Of a stretch of 55,659 nt of DNA, positions 46,291 through 54,358 are shown piece after piece. This DNA is from Kiritimatiellia bacterium (GTDB taxonomy: Bacteria > Verrucomicrobiota > Kiritimatiellia > RFP12 > UBA1067), in assembly GCA_045598785.1 (NCBI GenBank), contig JAZLMR010000087.1:1-55659 (forward strand), in the 5' to 3' direction. The translations under genes were made by a program, and so were the position numbers. The notes under the pieces were generated by a model that had not been told where the DNA came from, searched no databases, and was given only the letters and a program-made list of their open reading frames with translations. Numbering within the stretch: the stretch's first letter is position 1; each line of letters begins with the position of its first letter.

Positions 46291-47057
46291 GTCGATTCGC
46301 CTTTCACGGGCATGCCACCATTCGCCCGCAATCCAGCAGCAAGCCGCTTACCTTTGGCTGTCAGACGATATTTCTGCAACCTACTGTTCGGCTTCTCAGG
46401 AATGGTAAATTCAATGATGCCGTCATCCAGCAACACGCGGGCATAACGACGACGAAGATTCTTTGTCTCAACAATGCCAAGTTGTTGTGCCAAATCAACG
46501 CACCCCATTGCTCCGTTCGACAACGCCAACACAATTTGTTCAAACCGATTAAGCGCAACAGCGACGACTGGGGTCACCCTCCCGACTGGGGGCAAGTTTT
46601 TGCCCCCAGTCCTGCCCCCAGTCGTAATCAGACCTTTCAGCGCATCAACCCGAGTTTTCTTTGCCTTACCACCTCTGACTGGGGTCAGGTTTTTGACTGG
46701 GGTCAGGTTCGTGACTGGGGTCACCTTCTCATTGCGCCAGATGATCGTCTTGAAGTCCACATTGTCCGGACAATACTCCGGATCGGGCAAGCCCCACGCG
46801 CGACACTTGTTGATGATATCGCCCGTACCGCTGCCGGACTTCTCAACATAGCTCGTCCACGACATCGCCCGTGCGTCGCAAGACCGAACCTCGTCCAGAT
46901 ACACCTTCTGCGGCGAGCGATTGCACGCCACCGTTTCCTCAAACAGGAATGGATCGAAGAACAGCTTCAATACGCGATCTTTCCGAATCGCCGCCGCAAT
47001 CGCCTTCCGTTCCTTTGAGAACTCTCGCTGTACGCTCGATATGAACACCCGATACAT
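46287..47057 (-). pseudogene. Internally deleted DUF4062 / HATPase-tail / winged-helix protein
   Basis: VFISSVQREF...YLDEVRSCD joined directly to ARAMSWTSYVEKSGSG...; C-terminal FTIPEKPNSRLQKYRLT wHTH. The reading frame is open. Confidence 0.65.
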
Positions 47058-47064
47058 CTTATCG

Positions 47065-47118
47065 ACCTCCGACTCACATTATACCATCAACTCGGAACCT
47101 CGCCGAGAATCCGGTCGC
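47065..47118 (-). repeat. 54-bp promoter+RBS cassette, copy 1
   Basis: 49/54 identical to 50753-50806; contains TGGTATAAT and GGAGGT on the minus strand. Confidence 0.9.
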
Positions 47119-48250
47119 TCAGGCACACGACGCGATACTTGTCAAACTTCGGCAAAGTAAAGCCCCCTTCACCAGCGTTCTCCAGTCCAGCCGTAACGAT
47201 GTCGCCCATCTCATGACAACGTTGATAGAGCTCCTGCTTGGTCGGGAGCCGATCAATCGTCGGGTAAAGCGAGAGGAAGAGCATCCGTCCCTCGGCGCAG
47301 AACTTTTCTTTTTCTCTCGTCGGATGCCAGCGATCGTAGAACCCTTCGGGAGACAAGACGACCCAGCGTCCGCCAGCCGCGGCAATGGCGTTGCCACATT
47401 CTTTTTCCAACGGGCTCATGAAGGTTCCGACTCCCGCACCGCCAGGGCCGATGCGAGCGCAATCTTCGACCATCGCAACCCACTCGCGAGAACCGGGTTT
47501 CGTCGCGCGATGGCCCTTTACGGCCTTTAGAACCGGCAGCTCAAGAATCGCCAAATTGCCATAGGCAAACCACTCGCGCCCGAGAAACGAGACCTTTCGA
47601 ACCTTACCGAAATACTGGCGGTTCTGCTGTCGCAGCCAGGCTCGCTCGGGGTTCTCGCGAATGTAGCGCGTAAACGCCGCGAGCTGGCCGTCTTTCTTCA
47701 CGATCCAATCGTGCCAGTCGCGCTCGAAGATCGGCGGCGGTTTGCCCGACGGAGGAACGTTGCCCGACGGAGCGGGCAACACAACACTCTGATCGTTAGA
47801 CGGCCCGCCCATCATCAGAGTGCTGTCTGGGCGGTTCCGTCCGCCCGACATTCCCTCCACCTCCCAGTAAGCCGCCGTCAGCGCCTTCATCAGCTGGTAA
47901 ACGTACTTGCCGAGCGCCAGCTGATCACCCGTGTCTTTGATGTGGATCAGCAGGTGAATGTGATCGGGCATTACGATGAAACAGTCAATCGGCCAAAGCC
48001 CCCACCACTTCGTATGAAACTCGCGAATCACCCGCGCAAACGCCGTTGCCAGCTCATTGGCAATCAAGTACCGTCTTCGACCTTTCGCGTCTTTCGGCGG
48101 AGCCTTCTCCTTCGTAATCTCGCAAAACGGCCGCAGCCCCTTCACCCGCTTCAGCGTCACCATGTAGAAGTAGGACTTCGTGTAATCGAACCCCTTCAGC
48201 CGCTTCATGGTGGCCTTCGTAAGCTTAATTGTCATCGTTTGCGTTGACAT
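47087..48250 (-). CDS. HUH Y1/RAYT-like transposase fused to a DprA/SLOG-like domain (paralog 1)
   Basis: FDYTKSYFYMVTL, VMPDHIHLL, WHDWIV, YIRENP; C-terminal AYGNLAILELP...EGRMLFLS. Confidence 0.8.
   Translation of the reverse strand: MSTQTMTIKLTKATMKRLKGFDYTKSYFYMVTLKRVKGLRPFCEITKEKAPPKDAKGRRRYLIANELATAFARVIREFHTKWWGLWPIDCFIVMPDHIHLLIHIKDTGDQLALGKYVYQLMKALTAAYWEVEGMSGGRNRPDSTLMMGGPSNDQSVVLPAPSGNVPPSGKPPPIFERDWHDWIVKKDGQLAAFTRYIRENPERAWLRQQNRQYFGKVRKVSFLGREWFAYGNLAILELPVLKAVKGHRATKPGSREWVAMVEDCARIGPGGAGVGTFMSPLEKECGNAIAAAGGRWVVLSPEGFYDRWHPTREKEKFCAEGRMLFLSLYPTIDRLPTKQELYQRCHEMGDIVTAGLENAGEGGFTLPKFDKYRVVCLSDRILGEVPS
47759..47848. repeat. Inverted pair of REP-like hairpins inside the transposase CDS
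   Basis: Copy A 47759-47793 (minus) and copy B 47814-47848 (plus). Confidence 0.8.
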
Positions 48251-48271
48251 GTTGTCTAAACCGCTCTCGCC

Positions 48272-48306
48272 ATCCGAGTGTTGTCCGGGCGGCCCCGTCC
48301 GCCCGG
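48272..48306 (+). repeat. Third REP-like hairpin, upstream of the transposase
   Basis: atccgagtgttgt-ccgggcgg-ccccgt-ccgcccgg. Confidence 0.8.
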
Positions 48307-48317
48307 TGCCGATGTGA

Positions 48318-49037
48318 CTACCGATATTTCATCTGGCTCAGCGTCTGCGCTTCGTAGGCGAGCTTGAAAGCCACCGCCGCGAGCTTGGGCTGTTCGTTTT
48401 CAACAAGCACAAGCGGCTGACGCCGCGAGATCTCAAGATCAACCAGCAGCTGCGCGACGTCAACCGGCCTGAAGATGTCGGGAATCGTCATGAGCGCACC
48501 GGTATCCATGAAGCAATTCCACGACGGATCGCAAAACGGCAAGAGTCCCGTCGCATAGACTTCGCCGCAGCCCTCATGGAAATGCTCGCTACCCGCGACA
48601 TCAACCAAAACCACTTCCTGCTGGGCTAACAGATCGACACACTTTACGCCAAAACCCTTGCGAGACTTGACAGGTCTGAGCAAGGTAAAGCGATAGCGGC
48701 TCATAACCTCGGCGACTTCACGCTTCTCTGCGTCATCAGAAGCGCCATACTTGTCAATGTAATGTCTCCGAGGCGACGGGCCGGCTCGATCATTGAGGAG
48801 CAGCGCGTAGTCGAGGATCAGCGTGTTTTCGGCCTCGTGGTTCTCGCCTTCCTCGTACCCTTCTCGCGGCGTAACGCCATTGTAAAGCCGATGCGCCGCC
48901 GACTTGAGCGCGTCATCGCCCAGCAGCGGCTGCATCACCTCTGCTACTTCGCGTGCCGTCAAGGTCCGCAGTCTGCGATATTCGGTCAGCGCTCTTGCGC
49001 GGTCGTCTTTGTTCTTCATCCATGCTGTACTTGCCAT
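48318..49037 (-). CDS. Hypothetical protein (239 aa)
   Basis: GAAAGGTG SD. The FTLL...GFGVKCVDLL...VLVDVAGS segment recalls the core of SEC-C-associated proteins, but there is no SEC-C motif. Confidence 0.65.
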   Translation of the reverse strand: MASTAWMKNKDDRARALTEYRRLRTLTAREVAEVMQPLLGDDALKSAAHRLYNGVTPREGYEEGENHEAENTLILDYALLLNDRAGPSPRRHYIDKYGASDDAEKREVAEVMSRYRFTLLRPVKSRKGFGVKCVDLLAQQEVVLVDVAGSEHFHEGCGEVYATGLLPFCDPSWNCFMDTGALMTIPDIFRPVDVAQLLVDLEISRRQPLVLVENEQPKLAAVAFKLAYEAQTLSQMKYR

Positions 49038-49146
49038 AACTTCACCTTTCTGTTTCTATAGAGCTTGCACTTCAAATTCATCGGGCACTTCTTTTCTCAT
49101 CTTGACAGCCCCTGCCATCTTCGGGCGCTGGCGCAACAAAGCTACA

Positions 49147-50748
49147 CTATTTCTGTCTTTTCAGCACATTACGGCCCTTCTGCGTAATGAAATAACGCAA
49201 CCGCGAATTGTGAAGCGACAGTCCTGCCTCTGGGACAATCAAGCCTGCTCGAATGGCTGGGTTGATGTAATTTGCACGAAATGTAGGACGATGCACAATT
49301 GACAAGGTCGTACGAAGTGCAGCTGCCGTTTGTGGTCCGTTCATCAGCACATTTAACAATGACAAAACCTGGGGTGGCACTGGGTCGGTCACTGGATCGG
49401 TCACTGGGTCGGTCACCGGGTCACTAACTGGGTCACTAACTGGGTTGGTTACTGGGTCGGTCGGATTCAATTCCCGTACCGTTTCAGCATCTGCCCTTAA
49501 GAACATCTTGTGGATCGGCAGCACGAACGTGAAGAAATCCCGATGCGAATTCGTCTCCAAGACCGGCTTCGGCGATCCGTTTTTCTCCGCCGCGCTCAGG
49601 ATGACCGGATATCCCGTATTACGCGCCTCCGCAAGATCCAGCTCCTTCAGGAACTCGCCTATGCGTCGATTGCGATCACCCTTTGACAGAAGACAGAGGC
49701 GTTTCAGGTCTGCCGTCTTAATTGATCGATCAGGACCAGGGATGCTGGTGATCGTCATTTGCTCAGGCGTGAACGTCACGACAATTGGCTCCGGTTTGCT
49801 GTACGACTTATGATAGACCGCGTTGACCAATGCCTCCTCGACGGCATCATACGGATAATTCCAATGCCGTTCGGCCTTTGCTCGACCCGAGACCTTGAAT
49901 ATCTTCTCCTTGAGAACATAGTTCTTGATGTAGTCCAACGCCGACCGAAGCTGGATGTGCAACGGGCCCTTGAAATACTTCTCGACCATTCCCTGGCCCG
50001 TCGGATCGGGCTTGTCCACGATTTCGATCCACGCATAGCGGAAGAAGTTCTCCGGGTGCGGATTGAAGAACATGAGTCCGACGTTCAACGGCTTGATGAG
50101 CTCTTCCGCACCGCTGACAATGCGCAGCCGCTTCCCCAGCTCCAGCGGGGACATCTCTTCGGCTGCCGGATAAAGCTCGCTCCCCACTTCGCGCAGATAA
50201 TCCGCAATCAGGTTGACCTTCAGATCCGCCACATCCGCCTGCATGTTCGGGCGATCGTCAAACGGCACGTCCCCCGCCATCTCGAAAAGCTCCTTCTCAA
50301 TCAGGCGAGAGGCCCTGACCGTGCTCGCCATCTTGCGGACATAGTACGCCCTTGGAGACTTCCCCTTCTTCAGAATCCGCTCGGGACAGGAATAGGGCCG
50401 CTCACAGCCGCCGGGCGCCCACACGATCAGCAAGGTCTTCCCCAGATATTCAACGGGCTCGACAACCGGCAGGTACAGCGGTTCGATGAGATGGCAAACA
50501 CCCAAGAGTTCCTTCTGGATCTGATCAACCGCCCCCGTCGGCAATCCCTTGACCGGAAACACCGGCTTACCGTCCTTCTCGGCGACGCCCAGGATGATAT
50601 ACCCACCGCCCCAGTTGTCGATGTCATTCGCAAAGGCGCAAAGCGTATGCAGCACCTTCTCAGGATTCCACCCTTCCTTGTACTCGATCCTCGCCCACTC
50701 CACCTTGCGGTGGTTCACGAGATCGTCAATGTTCACTGGTAACGCCAT
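49147..50748 (-). CDS. Schlafen/AlbA_2 + HATPase-like (RecG C-terminal type) + winged-helix protein
   Basis: IEYKEG, LCAFAND, GGYIILGV; YPYDAVEEALVNAVYHKSY; RNRRIGEFLKELDLAE..TG; C-terminal wHTH. Confidence 0.88.
   Translation of the reverse strand: MALPVNIDDLVNHRKVEWARIEYKEGWNPEKVLHTLCAFANDIDNWGGGYIILGVAEKDGKPVFPVKGLPTGAVDQIQKELLGVCHLIEPLYLPVVEPVEYLGKTLLIVWAPGGCERPYSCPERILKKGKSPRAYYVRKMASTVRASRLIEKELFEMAGDVPFDDRPNMQADVADLKVNLIADYLREVGSELYPAAEEMSPLELGKRLRIVSGAEELIKPLNVGLMFFNPHPENFFRYAWIEIVDKPDPTGQGMVEKYFKGPLHIQLRSALDYIKNYVLKEKIFKVSGRAKAERHWNYPYDAVEEALVNAVYHKSYSKPEPIVVTFTPEQMTITSIPGPDRSIKTADLKRLCLLSKGDRNRRIGEFLKELDLAEARNTGYPVILSAAEKNGSPKPVLETNSHRDFFTFVLPIHKMFLRADAETVRELNPTDPVTNPVSDPVSDPVTDPVTDPVTDPVPPQVLSLLNVLMNGPQTAAALRTTLSIVHRPTFRANYINPAIRAGLIVPEAGLSLHNSRLRYFITQKGRNVLKRQK
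49379..49462. repeat. 12-bp coding tandem repeat x7 (TDPV/SDPV)
   Basis: actgggtcggtc-type units. Confidence 0.9.
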
Positions 50749-50752
50749 AATC

Positions 50753-50806
50753 ACCTCCACCTCAAATTATACCATCAACCCGGAACCTCCCCGAGAATCC
50801 GGTCGC
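50753..50806 (-). repeat. 54-bp promoter+RBS cassette, copy 2
   Basis: Near-identical to 47065-47118. Confidence 0.9.
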
Positions 50807-50839
50807 GTGTCTGAACTGTCCCTTAGGCATAATCACCCC

Positions 50840-52027
50840 TCATTCTGCACTACGAATACCAACAGCTGCTCTGGCAAGTGATTCAACCTGAGAAGGCACA
50901 ACGCCCCTGTAGGCGATTTCAATCGCACCTTCGCCCGAAAGCAATTGTGCCAGCCGATTAAGCACGCAGGCATCAAGCCTCGTCATCTTTTTCTCACCGG
51001 GAAGATAAGGCCATCCGACAGGCGCCAGCATCAGCAAATTCCCGGCTGCGCACTGGTCAAAGAGCTTCCCGCCCGGCTTGTAAAGCGGGGAAAAGCCCTT
51101 GTTGGAAAGGGTTATCACCTTGTGTCCCGCCACGAAGGCCCGTCGCGCGATCTCGCGCTCGCCTTCGCTGATGCACGGAGAGACCAAGACCGCGCCATGC
51201 GCCGCCTCGTCCAACAGGGCTTCGCTCGTCGTTCGGAACTCGTCGCTCGCAACACGCGGTTCGCGATCTTTGAGAATCGCCCCCTTGCCGTCACGTTGGT
51301 AGGCGAAGAATCGACGCGAGCATTGCACCTGCAAAATTGACGGGGCCTTCAGCAGATGGTGGTTGCCAATAGCCGAGAAATGCCCAACAACGCCTCCGCC
51401 AAGGTCGACCGGCAGATCGCGCAACACCGTGAACAACTCTGGGTGAGCGCGTTTCTCCCAGAGACGGCGCGGGTTATCCGCAAGATAGGCGAGCTCATGG
51501 TCTATCGCCGCCTTGTCAAAGAGAATCGTATCGACATAACCCTCGGCGAACAGCGGCCCAGGGCTTTTCAGCCCTGGCGCACAGGCCCCTTGCGCCTCGG
51601 CTGAAAAGCCGAGGGTCGCCCAATAGGCCTTGGTGGCCGCGCCCTTGAGACCCCGTATCGCGTAACCAACCGGCTTTTTCATCGACCGTTTGACACGCAA
51701 GACAAGATGAAGATGATCAGGCATCACCTGCACGCCCAGCACTTCAATCTCTGGGCTGAACTCGGGTATGCGCCAGACGAAGCTCTCAACCAACTGCCCG
51801 AGATCGGTCAGCGCCACGAAGGCCCCGCGTCCCTTCTCGTAGCCCAACGACCCCAAAAGGTTTGCCCGCCGATCCGCCAACGTGATCGTGATCTGATAGG
51901 CACCCCGTCCACAGTAATCCCAATTGTGACAACGACGCCCCATCCGATGAACGACATCGCGCATCAACGCGCCCGTGTCATCATCGTAATGCCACCCAGG
52001 TGGTGCAACTGGAACGTCAGCGCTCAT
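50840..52027 (-). CDS. HUH Y1/RAYT-like transposase fused to a DprA/SLOG-like domain (paralog 2)
   Basis: WDYCGRGAYQITI, VMPDHLHLVL, GYVDTIL, YLADNP; C-terminal AIGNHHLL..P...CSR, GAVLVSP, GNLLML, NRLA. Confidence 0.82.
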   Translation of the reverse strand: MSADVPVAPPGWHYDDDTGALMRDVVHRMGRRCHNWDYCGRGAYQITITLADRRANLLGSLGYEKGRGAFVALTDLGQLVESFVWRIPEFSPEIEVLGVQVMPDHLHLVLRVKRSMKKPVGYAIRGLKGAATKAYWATLGFSAEAQGACAPGLKSPGPLFAEGYVDTILFDKAAIDHELAYLADNPRRLWEKRAHPELFTVLRDLPVDLGGGVVGHFSAIGNHHLLKAPSILQVQCSRRFFAYQRDGKGAILKDREPRVASDEFRTTSEALLDEAAHGAVLVSPCISEGEREIARRAFVAGHKVITLSNKGFSPLYKPGGKLFDQCAAGNLLMLAPVGWPYLPGEKKMTRLDACVLNRLAQLLSGEGAIEIAYRGVVPSQVESLARAAVGIRSAE

Positions 52028-52595
52028 CTTTTCTAAACGCCTCCAGCACCATGCGCATCGTGCGGTATTCGCCGAATTCGGCGATTTCCTTTTCTTTGAG
52101 GACGCGGAAGGATTCGGAAGGATAGTCGGGGCCGTAGACGGCGGATGGATCGAGGATGTAGGTCAGCTCTTCCTCGTTAAGCCCGTAGAGCTTGGCATAA
52201 CGGGCGTCAATGGGGATGAAAAACGTCAGCGATTTTCCCGATCCCGTCCCTGTCGTCACCACATAGCTTTTGTTGCTGGCAACAAAAGCCAGGGCATTCA
52301 TCTGGTGCTTGTAAAGCGTAATCGGATTAGGCGCTGGCGGATCATCTTGCTTGCCAACCTGAAAAATTTCCGCCGTTTCCGGTTCCACCGAGCCATCCGC
52401 AACCAACGCATCAATCCGACTACCCTTCTTGTAATTCGGATTAATCTGAATCAACGGATCCGGCCAAAACGTCCCCTTGTCATAAGCTTGCCGAACCACC
52501 GCCGAGATGTCAGCCGAACGAGGATTCGCAAAGTTCGTCGAAAAGCTCCGGTATCTATCCATCAACTTCTTGCGAAAATCAAAAATATCGTTCAT
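52017..52595 (-). pseudogene. Chimera: DEAD/DEAH helicase N-terminus fused to a DNA methylase (type IIG-like) C-terminus
   Basis: WPDPLIQINP, LYKHQ, TTGTGSGKSL then IDARYAKLYGL..EELTYILDP...SFRVLKEKEIAEFGEYRTMRMVLEA. Confidence 0.75.
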
Positions 52596-52725
52596 GCAAA
52601 CTCTCTCATTATTATGAGGCTATTATATCATTTTCAACTATGAAAACCGCAACGCTTCTATCCCATCTATTGTTTAGACCTAATCAACTAAAAGATGTAA
52701 CATGGAGAAACCTGCCGCACAACTG

Positions 52726-52754
52726 AAAAAGGCGGAGCCGTGCGGCCCCGCCTT
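52726..52754 (-). terminator. Rho-independent terminator of the ribosomal protein operon
   Basis: Minus strand AAGGCGGGGCCGCACGGCTCCGCC-TTTTT just after the rplI stop. Confidence 0.8.
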
Positions 52755-52787
52755 CGGTTGCGACCTTCAGTCGCCTGCGCCCCGGGC

Positions 52788-53255
52788 TCAGGCCTGCGGC
52801 GCCTCCTCGTCAAGAATCGTGATCTTGAACGCCACGATGACCCCGTGACCGAGATCGATCTTGGGCTCGTACACGCCGACTTCGCGCAGCGCATCGTCGA
52901 GCTCCAGCTGCGAACGCTCGAGCTTAACCCCGCGGTTGGCTTCGATCGCGGCGAGAATATCGCTGATGCCCACCGAACCATAGAGCTTCTTGCCGTCCGT
53001 CGTGTGCGCGGAGACCGTGAGCTCGAGCTTCTCGAGCTTCTTGGCGAGCTCCAGCGCCGCCTTCTTCTCTTCGGCGGCGCGCGCCGCGCGCTCGGCCTCG
53101 AGCTTTTTCAGCCGACGCTTGGCCGCTTCCGTGGCCACCGCGGCGAGTCCCTTCGGGAAGAGGCAGTTGCGGGCATAGCCGGGGGCGACCTTGACGATCT
53201 CGCCGGCCTTGCCGAGCTTCTTCACGTTATCCATGAGCATGACTTCGATCTGCAT
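52788..53255 (-). CDS. rplI: 50S ribosomal protein bL9
   Basis: LGKAGEIVKVAPGYARN, KLYGSV. Confidence 0.97.
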   Translation of the reverse strand: MQIEVMLMDNVKKLGKAGEIVKVAPGYARNCLFPKGLAAVATEAAKRRLKKLEAERAARAAEEKKAALELAKKLEKLELTVSAHTTDGKKLYGSVGISDILAAIEANRGVKLERSQLELDDALREVGVYEPKIDLGHGVIVAFKITILDEEAPQA

Positions 53256-53274
53256 AAGATGTTCTCCTTTCAGA

Positions 53275-53505
53275 TTAAGCCATGAGGCCCATGTTGCGGG
53301 CGCGCTTGACACCCTGACGGATCTGGCGCTGCTGAGCGCTGGTCACGCCGGTGATGCGCGCGGGCAGGATCTTGCCGTAGTCCGTGATGTAGTACTTGAG
53401 GGTTTCAATGTCGTTCACGTCGATCTGATCGGTCGGACGGAGCGGCGGACGCTTACGGGCGGCGAATTCCTCGCCAGCCGAGCTATTGGATTTCTTGAAA
53501 GCCAT
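53275..53505 (-). CDS. rpsR: 30S ribosomal protein bS18
   Basis: GKILPARITG...QRQIRQGVKRAR. Confidence 0.96.
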   Translation of the reverse strand: MAFKKSNSSAGEEFAARKRPPLRPTDQIDVNDIETLKYYITDYGKILPARITGVTSAQQRQIRQGVKRARNMGLMA

Positions 53506-53524
53506 TTTCGTTTACCTTTTGAGT

Positions 53525-53935
53525 TTAGAATGGAATGTCGTTGTCATCGCCTTCGGTCATGGCCGCGACCGGTTCCGCCGCCTTGGCGCCGCCGTTGAGG
53601 CGGTCGCCCTGAGGCAGGAACTTGATCGTCGACGCCCGGACCTTCAGCTTCTGGTGCTTGACGCCGTCCTTCTCCCAGCTGTCCATCTGAAGCCGCCCCT
53701 CGACGAGAATCGCCCGACCCTTCGTAAGGAACTGCCCGCAAAGCTCGGCAAGCTTGTCCCAGGCGTCGACATCGACGAACACCGGGAAATCCTGCACATT
53801 GCCGTTGCGGTCACGACGGCGCTCGTTGACCGCAAGACCGATGCGGGCGACCTTCATGCCGCTCGTGCCGGTCACGCGGACATCCGGGTCGCGCGTCAAA
53901 TTGCCCATCAGGATGACTTTATTGAAAGACGCCAT
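53525..53935 (-). CDS. ssb: Single-stranded DNA-binding protein
   Basis: NKVILMGNLTRDP, KGRAILVEGRL, DDNDIPF tail. Confidence 0.97.
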   Translation of the reverse strand: MASFNKVILMGNLTRDPDVRVTGTSGMKVARIGLAVNERRRDRNGNVQDFPVFVDVDAWDKLAELCGQFLTKGRAILVEGRLQMDSWEKDGVKHQKLKVRASTIKFLPQGDRLNGGAKAAEPVAAMTEGDDNDIPF

Positions 53936-53953
53936 TTCGGCACCTCACCTTCC

Positions 53954-54343
53954 TTAGGCCTCGACCTTCGCCGCCAGCGCCGCGGCCGCAGCCGCCTCGC
54001 GCTTGGCCTGAGCCTCGGCGCGCTCGGCGCGTTCCTGAGCGATCTTCGCCTCGCGACGATCGTCAACCGCCAGTACCTGCACGCGGAACACCTCTTCGAC
54101 GAGATGATAGCGGTTGGCAAGTTCCTCGAGCTTCGACGGATCGATCTCGAAACGGACCTTCACGTAAACGCCGCTGTCGCGCTTCTTCATCGGACGCGAA
54201 AACGTGCGCTTGCCGAGCGAGACCTTCTCGAGGATGTTGCCGCCGAGCCGCGTCACTTCCGCGAGCGCCTTCTCCAGGTTGGCTTCGAGAGCATCATCCT
54301 TGGCAATGCCGACGAAGATATAAAGAGCATCATACTTCTTCAT
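53954..54343 (-). CDS. rpsF: 30S ribosomal protein bS6
   Basis: MKKYDALYIF, LGKRTFSRPMKK, EEVFR; position before ssb-rpsR. Confidence 0.92.
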   Translation of the reverse strand: MKKYDALYIFVGIAKDDALEANLEKALAEVTRLGGNILEKVSLGKRTFSRPMKKRDSGVYVKVRFEIDPSKLEELANRYHLVEEVFRVQVLAVDDRREAKIAQERAERAEAQAKREAAAAAALAAKVEA

Positions 54344-54358
54344 TGCAGTTCTCCTCAA

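Larger units (their letters stand above)
45484..52720. other. Accessory / decayed defence island between the rplI terminator and the phosphoesterase promoter
   Basis: Visibly lower GC and different codon style; content is nuclease, Schlafen-type, transposase and helicase/methylase remnants. Confidence 0.7.

Noticed and set aside
46560-49462. CRISPR-like arrays at the TPV and TDPV repeats
   Set aside because: Short in-frame tandem coding repeats without unique spacers; no cas genes in the window.
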